Part shown: one piece after another, positions 12,301-25,020 of the stretch
Position numbering within the stretch: the stretch's first letter is position 1
Layout of the letters: the number at the start of each line of letters is the position of its first letter
Source of the DNA: Amphiscolops sp. MND2022
Lineage: Eukaryota
Assembly (NCBI GenBank): GCA_964187785.1
Contig: OZ076409.1
Span: 91,328,001-91,392,000, forward strand
Reading direction: 5' to 3'
Length of the DNA: 64,000 nucleotides
Made by a program: the position numbers and the translations under genes
The notes under the pieces: model-generated
Told to the model about the DNA's origin: nothing
Database searches by the model: none
What the model saw: the letters and a program-made list of their open reading frames with translations, nothing else

Positions 12301-15300
12301 AGACACGCTGAGGTCCGCATAGAGAATCATAATTCCCGCTCAATGTTAAATGTATCGGAAGAGAACGCAAGATCCCGAGAACATCAGCGTCGCGCTTCAA
12401 GTCGCCATTTTCGTAAGAGGTATAGAAATATTTTTTCAATTGACCTCTCACAGTGGTTGTGAATGAATCAAAACCATGATTTTCTTGAATTAATTTGAGA
12501 ATCGTTATGAAGTAAGAAGGGTTGTTGCGGTCGTTGAATATCAAGTCAGAAATGAGAGAAGAACGAGAACCTTTTGTGGATAGGTTAAACAGAGCCGGAA
12601 CCATCTGGAAAAAACAGTCAAAAGAGGATAAATTTAATTTTACAGTTCCGATAGAAACCGTGTCAAGTTTCGAGAATACACATAGCTTTCCTTCCGAAAT
12701 AGGCACTAAATAAAGCTTATTTTCTCTGTTTTGGCATAAAAGAATTGAGAACTGATCGATTTGGCTCAGATACTGTGACAGCGCTTTCTGGTGTTTGACA
12801 AGGAAATCCCATATGTGAGAGACCCATTTTTCTATTTCTTTCGAAGGAGGAAAGCCATCGTTCGTTTCTGCAATTTTTATAATTCCACCTTTGCATGATT
12901 CAGGGAAAAATTTTCTCAAGTTTGACAGGAATTCGTCTAAGCTCATTTTGCAGGGTATTTCTAGTTCGCGGAGTTTCACCTCAACCTCATGATCTAACAG
13001 TTGATTGGCTAGTTGCGGAAAGATTTTGGACAAGTTTGAATCATTGCTGTACAATTTATTCACAGAGGTGTTATGATACAACAGGCCCCCTGCAGACAGA
13101 TAGATTGGTAAGGAGTTTTTATCAGGTGCAGAAACTATGAATTGACAAGCCCAATCAATTAAACACAGAAGCGTGGATTTGTTTTCAAGAGGGGTTTCTT
13201 GGATCGAAACTGGAGGTTGAACAAGAGATTTCAGATTGAGAAACACAACTGACGGCTCTAGTTCTTTGATAGGTATGTTGCATTGTCGCCAGAGTTGAAA
13301 ATGGGCATCCGGGATGTTGGTCAGAGGTATTGTCAACCGCATTGAAAGCAAAATCACTTTCTTCAACGATTCTTCCTTTGGCTTCAACGATTCTTCCTTT
13401 GACTTCAACGATTCTTCCTTTGACTTCAACGATTCTTCCTTTGACTTCAACGATGATTCCATTTTTACTCTGTTATGCACACTGTTTGCATGTAAAAACC
13501 TACTCAAGGAGTTATCGATTTCCAAGCTCGGTACGAATTGGATGTTTGCTAGTTGGTCAAAAAGACCTCTTGCAACAAAGGATGTAATAGCATTGTCACT
13601 GATTTTGCTCTGTCCAGGTTTAAGTTTGGGAAATAAAGAAAGGTATGTTTGCATCTCAAAGGGTATTTGTTTTTGAGCCATGAGGTTTATGAAATGCTGA
13701 ATGAGTTTTGCATACGCAGGTCCCACGATGTTTTGTAGGACATATGCATTCCAACGTCCTTTGCACTCGGATTTGTTCATTTCAATAACTCTACGGGATT
13801 CTCCCAGAAAAAATTGGCCATTGACGTAAACCGGCAGCTCAATGGATTCACTTTGTGCAACGTGACTTGCTTCTTCTATGGGCAGATAGCAAAAGAACAT
13901 GCATTCACCTTTCGTGTGACCTGCTTCCAGCGGAAGAGCCACAGCTCCGTGTCTTCGAGGCGGTGATTCATTTTGACGATGCCAATTGGTCAAACTTTGG
14001 TCGGCAGCTACATGTGACCCCACCTGTTCACTGAAGAGCCACTTGCTTGATTTTGTAACGCCATTGAGGTTCTTTTCGACAACCACTTCATACAGTGCAG
14101 TTGTGGCGGACTGGCAATTGACGTTGTTAAAACTGTTAGAAACAGTTTTGATCTGATTGCGAAAATTGGACAAAGACGTTATATCAATTACCTTTTTTTC
14201 GCATACTGAGATACTTTGTAAATCCGATCCATCAATAATCGAGACTTTGATGGAGTGTATGTTCTGCAGAAACAAAAGAAAACGTTCGGAGTTTGATGCT
14301 AAAGTTTTGATATCGTTTTTGAGACGATCAATGCTTGGTATTTCATGGGAAAGTGCTGACTCTGTTTTTCTCAATGGAAGTCTCATCATGGTTTTCCCTT
14401 CGAGAGCATTCATTTTTTCGTCTCCAACGAAGAAGCACGAAAATGAATCAGGGAAGCTGTCTTGAAGGTCAAGTGTTGCATCAAGCATGCATCCTTCATT
14501 TTTGATGAAGCAACAAGGATCCAGTAAACATAAATTTCCGTTACCCCATCCATCGACTTGGGTCAGAAACGTGGGATAATCTGTGAGTTTGTACACGCAG
14601 TTGAAACCCACCCCAAACTTGCCAATCTTGGAGTTTGCGTTCCGTTTGGATCCTTCGCCCAGTCTCTGGATGCCTTCAATGTCTCTGGAAGTAAAGTAGG
14701 AGTCATTGAAAACTAGCAAGGCTGGGTCTAGCAACCGCTCCCATTGTTTGTCAAAAACATGGTTTCTCGTCAAATTTCGTAAATCAAGGATAAAATGTAT
14801 TTCAGAAGAGCCAGCATCATCTGCATTTTGGATGAGCTCCTTGAATACATCCATGTCGTTCGAGTAATTTTGCATGATTCTGCATAGCCGATTGCACAAG
14901 CTCTCCGATTGCTTGAACTCTTTGAAAAGTGGGGTACTATTTTTTTCCAAAATCATTTGACGCTTCGTCTGTACTCCGAAGTGTAGCGCCACATCATGGG
15001 GAATTGTCCGATGGCAGAACTTGAGCTGACGGTTTATAGAAGCTGACGATCTTTCTTGCAACTCATAATCATTCAAACATAAGTATTTTGCTTCATACAT
15101 TACTCCGTCACTACCGGGAAATTTGAGTTCTTTTTTGAATCCAGTCTGTTTCAAATACTCAAAAATTGATCTCACTTCAATTACTTGATCATCTGTAATT
15201 TTTGTCAGGCTGTTGACAACATTTTCATAGGTATCGTTTGAGATGGACTTTTGAACGCCACAGGATTTTAGCAACTCACCTGCTCTCTGATTGGATAACA

Positions 15301-18300
15301 CTATTGGGTTGACCGAATATAGATACCCGTCTAAAACGGCACAGTTTGAGTCCAGACAAACTTGCGCCAAACTACAGAAGACCATTTCTTTTTTACTAGG
15401 AATTAATTTGTAACTCCGAGCTTCGTTGACAAACAAGTGTCTTGAATTTGAATGCGTAGTTTGGATGAAGGCAAGAATCTCCGCAACAATTTTGCACTTT
15501 TCAACGAAGCTTATTCCTGCTTTGTTAATAGCAGCTTTCAAATTGTTCAGCAGAACGTTCATTGGCGGTACTTTGTATAATTTCAACACTTTGTCGCAAA
15601 AACTGTTTTCATACAGTCCCAGTTTGTAGAAGTTGCAAGTTGAAAACTGGTACGAAACAAGATTATACATTTCACACTGGTAGACTTCTCCAGGACTCTT
15701 CAATTCAACTCCTAAACATAGTTAATAATGAAAATCTGCTATGAATTTATTTTTCCCGGCAGGCAGTTCAGTGAACTTTTGTTTTTTATTCGATAAATAG
15801 GAAGACCAAAACTTCACAAATTTGCAGGATAAAATTGAATCTACAAAACATTACAAACATGACTCTAGCAAAAAACAGTTCAGAAATGGTTTCAAAACCT
15901 GTTCTTATTTGGTAGTAGCTCAGAAAATATGAATTAAGATATGAGAACGACAAGAAACTCAACAAGACGTCCGCTGAGCAGCGAGATCTTTCCGCCCCGA
16001 ACTGTTCTACAACTACATAAATTTCAGGCTCAAGAATAGCCAATGTTCTATAAAAACGGTAAGAAGTTCGACGAAAAAAAGTTTTGATTCATCTTTGCCC
16101 ATTTTTAAAGGAAACACCTATTTTTTTTATTTCTGCGATAGCTGGCCAGTTTCCGTTTTTTCGGCACTGAGCGACTTACCGAGTCAAATATATTTTTTTC
16201 GAAAACAATTTTTTAAAAACCTTTTTCGCAATTTTTAGTTTTTGAGGTTTTCTGTAAAGGAAGTGAGTTTCCCGAGTTTTGAGGGTGACCTCTTTGTTAC
16301 TTTTGATCATGTGGATTTGATGAAGTTTCTCATTGATTGTGGAAAATACCTGATTTCAGTTTTTTTCGACTCTGTGCGTCTTTCCGAATTTTTCATTTGG
16401 TCGGAGAGTACCCCCTTGATTTTATAGCTGATTTCGGCATGAGAAAGGTAGTTTATGAGCTGCCACTTGTTTCGCCATCATATGACTTTACCGGGAAAAA
16501 ATCAAAAAATTGTGATTCCTTGTGCTTTTTGTGATTCCTGTTGGAGAAAAAGTGGTTTCCGAGTATCAGGCGTATTTCTTGGGATAACTTTTGGCACTGA
16601 GGAAATGATGTAAGCTTGAAACTAGGTCAATTGCAAGTTTAAAAAACTTGAGCGGTCCCAGTTTGTTACTTTAATTCACAGAGTTCCACCAGAAGCGTCA
16701 AAAAATGCAAATATTTTCGACAACTTTGGGATCAATTTGAGGAACTTTTCTAACATGAATCTACAGATGTCTCTTCACAAATAAGCCTACTGGACACCGA
16801 GTTTAGTTGTTGTTGAGTGCTTAGACTACTTTAGCCCGCTCTAATAGCTCGAAACGTTTTCCTTTGGAAGATGTACTCCATATCTAGTGATTTTGCTTGG
16901 AGCTTATTGAATATTTAAGTAAGTTTTCGAAAGTTGTGCAAAAAAACTTGTGTGATATCTTTTCTAAACACGATCGGTAGCTACAAGTTTCAACCGTGAG
17001 TTTTCTGATTGAAGTAAATTTTCGAAAAGGGTCCAAAATTGGGACCATGTTGTCGAAATTTGAGGAAAATCGGAACTTTTGACAACTTTGTTGTAATTTC
17101 GACGAACTTCTACTTGTTTCCAAATTGCTTTTTGAATGCCCTCTTGTTACAACGTTCGGGTCAATGGAGGTTCTATTCTACGAAATACGAAAATTTTTGT
17201 GATTTGAACAAAAATTGGGAATAATTTGTCAAAAAACGTGCCTTTTTGTTTATGGGATTTTGGGTGTTTTGAGGCCAATTTCAACAAAAAATTGCATTGA
17301 TATCTTCAAAATTGTCTACTGGACACCAAGATTAGTCATTGTTGAGCCTTTTAATCTTTTTTATGCAAGGAGTAGCTCAAAATTTGTACAGAAACTGCCT
17401 TAAAGTAATTTAAAAAAACTTGAATACTGTTTCTGCATTATTTGGGTCATTCTGAGGAAACTCCCTGCCATAAAATATGTTAATTTGTCTTATAAAAACG
17501 GGCTGTAGATCTAGTTTATCGTCTGGATCTCTTTGAAGCTTTTATCTTACTGAAATTTTCCAATATCAAATTAAATTTCACTGGAGCTGTCAGAAATTAG
17601 CAAAAATTTTAGCATTTGCGAATTTTTGCTGTCAATTTTGAGCCATTTTCAAATCGAAGTTTGCAAATTTTTCTCTAAAAGACTACCAAATTATGAGTTC
17701 AATCTTTGTTGAACGTTTGCCATCATTCTGACTGCAAAACAATTAAAAAGTAGACATAGGTTGTATAAAAACGAAAATAATGAAATTTTTCGACTCATTT
17801 GGTTATTCAGAAATGTTTTTGAAGCGAAACGCTGGATCGTTCTTGTCAAAAATTGTAATGTATAGCTCATTCTTTCATGGTTATTTGTGTTGGAACTTAT
17901 GGCGAAAACTCTCGAAGATTCTACAGAAATTGCATTAAAAACAACAAAAACGAATTTTTCGACCATTTCAGGATCAATTTGAAGCATTTGTTTTAGAAAC
18001 TTATCTCTTGACGAAAGCTCGCGGAAACAACAATATTCCCGTTGTTTAGGGATTTTAACATTCTAGTCTACGAAGTCTACCAATAATGTGACAAAAACAC
18101 AACAAAATTGGAGAAAAAAAAATAAAATTTTTGAGTTATTGTCTATTTCGATGTCAATTCCAGACATTTTTACTTACAAAACTGCGTTCATCTCTTCACT
18201 GAGCATACTGGACAACAAATTTATTCCTTGTTGACCCTATCCAACATTCCAAATTCCGGAGTATGTTGAAAATTTCGAGAAAAAATTGCATAAACCTTGT

Positions 18301-21300
18301 AAAATTGAAACATTTTGGGATTTTTGTCAATTTGAGACTTTTTTTCATTCGAAAAACTGAAATTAACTCATCTTTAAAGACTACTGGACAACGAGTTGTT
18401 ACCTTAATGAACGTTTTCAACATTCCAATCTGTCTTTCGAAATGGTGACAGAAATCGACAGAAAACTTTGAAAAACGGAAAATTTCATGTTTCTGTCATT
18501 TTCGGTGTCAATTTGAAATCTTTCATTTGAAAAACTGCAATAAACATTTCGGAAAATCCTACTGGACAACGAATTTGTGCCATGTTGAGCGTTTTCAACA
18601 TTCTAATCTACGAAGTCTGTCAAAAGTTTGACAAAAATTGCATAAAAACGTTAAAAATCGGATTTTTTTGTTTTTTTTTCGGTGTCAATTTGAAATCTTT
18701 CATTTAAAAAACTGCAAAAAACATTTCGTAAAATCCTACTGGACAACGAATTTGTGCCATGTTGAGCGTTTTCAACATTCTAATCTACGAAGTCTGTCAA
18801 AAATTTAGCAAAAATTGCATAAAAACGTTACAAATTCATTTTTGGTGTCAATTTGAGAACTGTTTCATTTGAAAAACTGCAATAAACTTTTCGGAAAAGC
18901 CTACTGGACTAATATTTTTCCATTGTTGACTTTTTTCAACATTCCAATCCACGAAGTCTGTTGAAAAGCTGACAAAAATTGCACAAAAACTTGGAAAATT
19001 GGAAAATTTTGGGTTTTTTGTCATTTTCGGTGACAATTTCAGATCTTTTGCATCTAGAAAACAGCAATTATCTCTTCGGAAAAGCCTTCTGGACAACGAA
19101 TTCGTGCCATGTTGAGCGTTTTCGACATCTTAATCCACCAAGTCTATCGAAAATTTGACAAAAATTGCATAAAAACGTTAAATATCGGAACGTTTTTTGT
19201 TTTTTTTTGTCATTTTTGGTGTCAATTTGAGGTATTTTTCAGTTCGAAAACAGCAATCATCTCTCCATAGAAGACTTTTCGAGAACGAGCTCGTGCCTTG
19301 TTGAACGTTTTCAACATTCTTATTCACGATATTCATCGAAAAATTGCATCAAAACGTAAAAATAGGCAATTTTTGCAAATTTTCTCATTTTTGGGTCCTT
19401 GGGGTCAACTAAAAAAGTCCAAAATCCTCCATAAATACATATCGCACGAAGCTAAATTTATGTGAGTTGAATTCTCTGGGTAACACCCTTAAAGTTGAAT
19501 ATAAATTTGGTGCTTGGCAAATTTTGCAAAAAATCCGTTTGATTTAAATATATTCCTTTCCCATATATGAAATATGGGCGGAAAATAATAATGAAAAGGG
19601 GAACCATCTCTGTTTTCTAGCTATTTAGGCCAAAGTTAGTTTAGAAGTCTGTGACTTCTCAAATTACAAAAACTTCCGACCAAGGGTTTAAAAGTATATT
19701 CATCATTTTGACTTGGATTTGTTGAAAAACAATACGGGAAGGTCTCAAGTCGGCGCTATATCTAAGGCTCAAAAAGCGCAAAACTTTTTTTTGGAAAAAA
19801 ACTTGAATTTTTCGAAAAAAAATTTCTTGCGGAAAATGTCGCACAGTGCCGAAAAATGTAAAAGGGGGGACCCTTTTTGATTTATAAACACGCATTCTGT
19901 AGCAAAATGACAAAAAACTCAAAGGGGGACCCTTTGGGGACATTAAAAAAATTTCGAAAAAGTGGCACAGTGCCGAAAAAAATCAAAAAGGGGAACCCTT
20001 TAGTCCCGTCCGGGCTTGTAGGTAACGTTTAAAAAGTAAAAAACCAAAAGGGGGATCCTTTGGAATAATTTACATGCGTTTCCCTGGTATTTAGTTTCCT
20101 TTACTTGAACATTAACGTTCGTCGCTTCGAGTCTGTCTTAAATAAAAACAAGCCGGGACCGGCCCAAGTCGGCGCCATATCCAAGGCTCAAAAATAGCAA
20201 AAATACTTCCAAGTGTCAAGTATTCGTTTACACTAGTCGAAAATCGAAAATTTTTCGAAAACTTTTTTTTTGAAAAAATTACATACTAAAAAAATGGACC
20301 GAGTGGCGCGCTAACGTCTCACAATGCCAAAAAACTGAAAGGGGGGACCCTTTGAGGTTTTTCAACATCCATTCTGTCGCAAAACATGAAAAAATTGAAG
20401 AAAAAAATTTTTTATTTTTATTTTCGGGAGAAAATCTCACAATGCCGAAAAAACTGAAAGGAGGAACCCTTTGGGATTTTCCAACATCCATTCTGTCGCA
20501 AAACATCAAAAAAATGCAGGGGGGACTATTTGAGGAAAAAAAAATTCGAAAAAAAATCCGAAAAAAAATGTCTCGCAGTGCCGAAAAAAATTGAAAGGGG
20601 GGACTCTTTGGTCTCGCCCGGTATGATATGTTACGCGGAAAAACAGGTAAAACCATTTTGGTCCAGTTCGCTAGGCCAAATGGTGCTATTTGACACCATA
20701 ATATTTTGTAGAACTTTTAAGAACTATTTTGGTCAGTTCGTGTGGATAGAAAAAAAAGTCACTATAATAGTCGCGTTTCACTTCATGAAGCGCCGACTAA
20801 AAAACGAGTGACTGTAACAGTCGGGCTCTTTTCTTAAGAAAAGCGCCGACTAAAAAATTTGAAAAGAATTTACGCAGAGTTCATACAATTCGAGAGAGTT
20901 TCCAGGTACAACTGTAATTTTGACTTTTGCGCAAAACTAATCAACGTTTCAAAAAGTATCCAAAAAATAACAGTGTTGACTTTGATAATCTGACATGAAA
21001 TTAATTATTTTTCAAAGCACAAATTGAAACTACTAGAGTGTAAAAACGTTTTCGCTAATGGTTAAACATTTTTATCGCATTTCTCAAAAGCTTCAAAACG
21101 ATCAATTAATGAAAACACTTCGAATGAGTAAACTCCAAGGGCTTGAAGTTTTTTCTTCAGAAAGTTTTCTTGTTTTTTTCACTTCATGCGCGTACCTTAA
21201 GGTTACTTCTATTAGTAATTACTAATAGAAGCCATTCTACGATTGCAAAGCTAAAAACTATGTTAATAAAAAGGCCAACTTACTGGGCGTGTCGGCAAGT

Positions 21301-23399
21301 ATTTTGAGATTACACAAATGTGTTTTCAAGTTGTTCAGTTGACTGTAATAAGAAGGATGCTGGGTGTTCAAATGGGAGACAAATTGTACGAATCTTTCCG
21401 TGTATTCGGGTATGGCAAGAGGCGAATTGTTCAAGTTGCCAATAATAGCTTTGATGGCATTGATTGGGAGATAATCAGAGAACATTCCAAAAGATTGTTC
21501 GCAAAGTAGCTTCAAATGTTTCGATTGGAAGGGAATTGTTTCCGAAGGGAAGAAGTCATCAGTGAAATATAAAAGTCCGGCTGCTCTTCCATCCGGTCGC
21601 ACTAATTCACTTGGTTTTTTGAGCACTAAGTTGTAAGATTGGAAAGCCGTAAGGCTTTTAGGGATAATCCACGGGTTCGAGCAAAGAACGGGAACAATGT
21701 TTTTGGACCACGGGCTTCTTTCCAAGGCATATAGTAGAACTTTGTATACTTGTTCAACATACCAATTTCCACGGGTCAAAATTTGGTGGAGATTTGGCAT
21801 CAATAATCCAACAAAATAGTCAATGGACTTGGTTTTTTGACGAATTAAGTTCGGCTGCAGTTCTTTAAGCGTTGCTAAGACCTTTTTTGGAATTTGAAGC
21901 CACGTGCAGTTCACTGACATTACTTTTGCGCATTCGATTAAGGCATCTTGAACATCTGAAGGAATTTCCTCACTGAAAATGAAGGCGTTATTCTCAACTA
22001 GAGCATGGTAAGTATTTCGAGCTTTGTTGAAAAACACTTTCAAGTCACTTTTTTCAGCCAATCTCTGATAGAAAGAGCTTATCAGTTGTTTCATCAGAGG
22101 TTCGGGAGCTTGTGCTAAAGACGGGAATAAATTGAATACCTTTTCCGGTTCGTGACTTTGAGTTTTGTCTGAGACAGCTGCACAGAGTGCAGGTACGACT
22201 GCCTTTTCAATCAATGTCCGGTTCCATTCGCCGTTTTCGCTTTTTACTCCTCTGGATTTGTCGTCCATGGTGTTAAATTCCAGGTACCTTCTAGATGACG
22301 TCACAGCAAACGTGGCGTTCACGAGGAAAGGCAGTCCTGTGTCGGGGGGCATTGGGAGAGGCAGAAAACAGAAAAGCAACTTGCTGTGTGATTTTAGACA
22401 CAGATCTTCTGATGGATAAGCAATTGCTCCTACAGCTCGGGTCCCATCGGAGGACTTGATTCCAGGGGCTGATACATACACATCCCAAAACGCTTTTTCA
22501 TTTTGGATTTTGTCAATGATACAAATCTGGTAGACACGAAGAAACATGTCGGAGCCACCAAACAACACTTGCGAGTCTCTGGGGTCTCCCTTTGTGTACA
22601 TTCTATCGAACTCAGATAGCGTTGTAACTTCTGGTGCGTCCTCTTCCCAAATGCAAATCCGGAACTTGTTCACAAATTGTACGAAAAGGAGAAACAGATT
22701 TGCGTTCTCATTTGTCATCTTGATCAAAGCCAGTGCTTCTTCCACTGTATAAGAGTTTTTACAAATATCACTGACCGAAGCGTTATCAGCAGTTCTAAGA
22801 GGAAATCGGAAAATTGTTCCACTGTATTTTTGCCCCATTGCCGCATTTTCTGTGGAAAACTGAAAAAGCCCGTCGAAAGGTTGCAGTTGGCCTTGTATTC
22901 TATCGGCTACAGTTTGTCCTAAATCTGGAATCATCTCTCCCAAGCTGAACATTTTCCCTCTTTTTCCATTGAAGTATTTTTCATGAGGATCCAAAACACA
23001 AAAATGTTCTCCACTCACGAACTGGGGCAAGTCTGTCAAATTGTACACGGAGTTGAAACCGAGTCCAAACTTGCCAACCTTTTTGCGGTCTTCCAATTTA
23101 GTTTCACCGCCAAACTCACACAAGTTCTGGAAGTCTGCCGGGGAGAAAGTTTGGTTGTTCCAGAACACCAGAGCAGGCCCTTGAAAACCTTTGACTTTGG
23201 CATTGATCAAGTTATCGGTACTGTGTTGTCTCAAGTCTAGAAGGAGGCAGCACTCCGAAGCTTGGGCGTCGTCTGCATTTTGAATGAGTTCTTTTGGAAC
23301 AGGCAACCCATCCGGATAATCCTTCAGTAAGTTCCTGATACGACGAGTCAGAGGTTCTCTCTGCCCATAGTCAGTCCCGAAATCTGTGAAGTCATCCAT
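5992..23399 (-). CDS. SACS: Sacsin-like protein, ~2972 aa; complement(join(5992..6333,9251..15711,21284..23399))
   Basis: Two sacsin repeat regions with GHKL/HSP90-like motifs (KELIQNADDA, GKFGxGFN, FRFPLR/MRLPLR) and a C-terminal HEPN (WLRQAKEDL..SWNFDIALK/VIENSLAA..RPD). GTAAGT donors at 21283 and 9250 and acceptors at 15712 and 6334 have compatible phases; the total of 8919 nt is in frame. An acceptor at 23414 implies an upstream exon, probably 5' UTR. Confidence 0.88.
6980..8270 (-). repeat. Degenerate ~180-bp tandem array, inverted relative to the 16600-19400 array
   Basis: Units such as GAATGGAAACGTTCAACAGGGAACAAAT..TCCAATAGC are diverged reverse complements of CT.CTGGACAACGAATT.GTGCCATGTTGAGCGTTTTC. 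Boundaries are approximate. Confidence 0.55.
8391..8950 (+). mobile_element. Full-length HINE/DINE-1-like non-autonomous Helentron
   Basis: Structure TTTTT-AGTCGGCGC (5' subTIR) ... GCGCCGACT (3' subTIR)-TGG-GCCG..CGGC hairpin-TTGTT; no TSD. Confidence 0.75.
8544..8633 (+). other. tRNA-Gly(GCC)-derived Pol III-like cassette inside a HINE
   Basis: A-box-like TGGCATAGAGG (8551), CTGCCA anticodon-loop-like sequence, B-box GGTTCGAGTCC (8602), then a T-run. No intact cloverleaf. Confidence 0.5.
9251..15711 (-). CDS. Sacsin-like gene, large second coding exon (second sacsin repeat, J-like segment, start of HEPN)
   Basis: Uninterrupted >2100-codon frame with FKELIQNADDAG and IGKFGVGFNCVY, bounded by TTTAG and GTAAGT. 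Confidence 0.9.
13361..13453 (-). repeat. Coding 21-bp tandem repeat (SLKSKEE, ~4.4 copies) in the sacsin-like exon
   Basis: CTTCAACGATTCTTCCTTTGA repeated in tandem, frame-preserving. Confidence 0.9.
16600..19400 (+). repeat. Degenerate ~165-185-bp satellite-like array in sacsin intron
   Basis: CT(A/T)CTGGAA/CA-type anchors recur at about 16787, 17317, 18381, 18560, 18736, 18902 and 19086; the best-conserved units carry CTACTGGACAACGAATTTGTGCCATGTTGAGCGTTTTCAACATTC. Most homogeneous at 18500-19330. Confidence 0.75.
19730..20857 (-). mobile_element. HINE-like element (outer) containing a nested second HINE at about 20144-20804
   Basis: Two hairpin/subTIR ends (about 19735 and 20150) and two GCGCCGACTAAAAA ends (20790, about 20843) are arranged as a nest. 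The inner copy sits in an A-run without a TSD. Confidence 0.7.
21284..23399 (-). CDS. Sacsin-like gene, first coding exon (first sacsin repeat)
   Basis: MDDFTDFGTDYGQREPLTRRIRNLLKDYP..KELIQNADDA..VGKFGLGFNSVY; ends at a GTAAGT donor. Confidence 0.88.
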
Positions 23400-24804
23400 A
23401 AGCAGGATGGTCGCTGAAAAAATTAAAATGTGCCTATTTTTAGCTGTCTTTTTTCTGGAAAGCTTTGAACGAATGTAACATTTAAAAAAGTCATGTTTAA
23501 TTACATGCAGTATTAATTTCAATGAGGCCTTTTGAGACAACGTCAAACAATGGACGTTTTTGTAGTCTTGGTTTTCTCGAGAAAATGAAAAGCCTCAGTC
23601 GATAGGGAGCGTGGTTTTGAATCCTGCTCATGATATTTTTTGCTTAGAAACCTGATTTTACTAGCGTTCTCTGATACATCACGAAAACGTGCACTGTACT
23701 CAAGACACCGAGGTTATATTCGGAATATACAAGGGTTGGTTTTGAGTGCACCAAAAAGAGACGGAGTTTTGAATCTTAACCGAGAGTCGAACTTTGGTGT
23801 CTTTTTAAAATGAACTATACTAGTACTGTTTTATGAAATAACGTATACAACAAAAAAGCGCGTTATAATCGAAATTTTGACGTCATACTCGTCCTCTGAT
23901 AAGATTTGACAAAAAAGGCGGGGCTTCGACTCTAACCAGGGTCGGACTTTTGAATCTTTTCGAAAAGAACAAACTTAAAAGTTTTCATCTGCACTTTCTT
24001 CGTAATTGCAGCATATAATATTTACTTTTCTAGAAACAACCATTTGACAGATTTATAAACCAAAAGCGCAATGGCACGCTGTTATTTTTTGTGCACTTTG
24101 CCAATACCAACAAGCCAGGAACGGCCCAAGTCGGCGCCACGATCAAGGTTCAAAAGAGTTAAGTTTTTTAAAGATGCAAAAGGACACTGTTGTTAAAAGT
24201 TTTATCAATTTTAAAGTGCCAAAAAACAGAAGGGATATCCATAAGACTCAAAAACCAATTTCTCCCTGGATGGAAACAACAAAAAACCCATTTTTAAAAT
24301 AAAGATACGGATTTTTTCTTTCGGGAAATTGGCGCGCTAAAAGGATGATCCTTTCGGATCTTTTAACATCCATTATGTTGCAAAATATCATAAAATTGAA
24401 GGTTGGACCCTTTGGAGACAATAAAAATCATTCAGAAAAAAAACCAAAATGAAAAACTTGAACAATCTTATATTGCCGAAAATTGTAAAGGGGGGCTTTG
24501 GGATTTTTCAACATCCATTCTGATGCAAAATGTCCAAAAATTGCAGGTGGACCCTTTGTAGACATTACAATGTTTGGAGCTCTTGGAGTATTCATTTCGC
24601 TAAATAAAAGCCTCAATAAAAAACATAAAACGCAATAACGAATGATATTACCTCAGCTGAAAAGTTTATAATAAAAAACACCTCTTTCCGCTAGAAATTT
24701 CGAGACGTTCATCTGCTCAAAGATATTCATCATCTAAGACACGAGAATTCGCAAAGTCTAACTAAAAATTTTCGACATATTTTGGCTGTATAAAAAAATA
24801 CAAT

Positions 24805-24891
24805 ATAAGAAAAGAAATTCTTGCGTTACCATACGAAGAAGGGGGAATAAACCTCAAACAAATTTCAAACTACTACCTTGCTGCCAGATAA
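24805..24891 (+). pseudogene. L1/Tx1-clade LINE ORF2 relic; duplicate copy at 26854-26940
   Basis: Translates IRKEILALPYEEGGINLKQISNYYLAAR*, resembling the post-RT LPxxxGG(L/I)xL..YYxA motif of L1/Tx1 elements. Surrounded by stops. Confidence 0.5.
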
Positions 24892-25020
24892 TTTTCTTTG
24901 GGTTGAACGCTAGGAACTAGGAACGTTAACTTCATGACCTTAGCAGTACTAAGGTTATGAAGTTAACGTTCATAGCGTTCAACTCGAAGGAGGAAAAATA
25001 TCTCCACGCATTTAGAAGTA

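Noticed and set aside
16600..19400. CRISPR-like array
   Set aside because: Whole units are degenerate copies of each other with no unique spacers, there are no cas genes, and the context is a eukaryotic intron.
19659..20811. Short K/F-rich ORFs (also at 4145, 8575 and 24428-27825)
   Set aside because: They are translations of non-coding HINE repeats with homopolymer runs.
23400..23546. N-terminal extension of the 762-aa ORF
   Set aside because: It starts at a non-ATG codon and crosses a polypyrimidine/CAG acceptor at 23414; sacsin similarity begins at ATG 23399.
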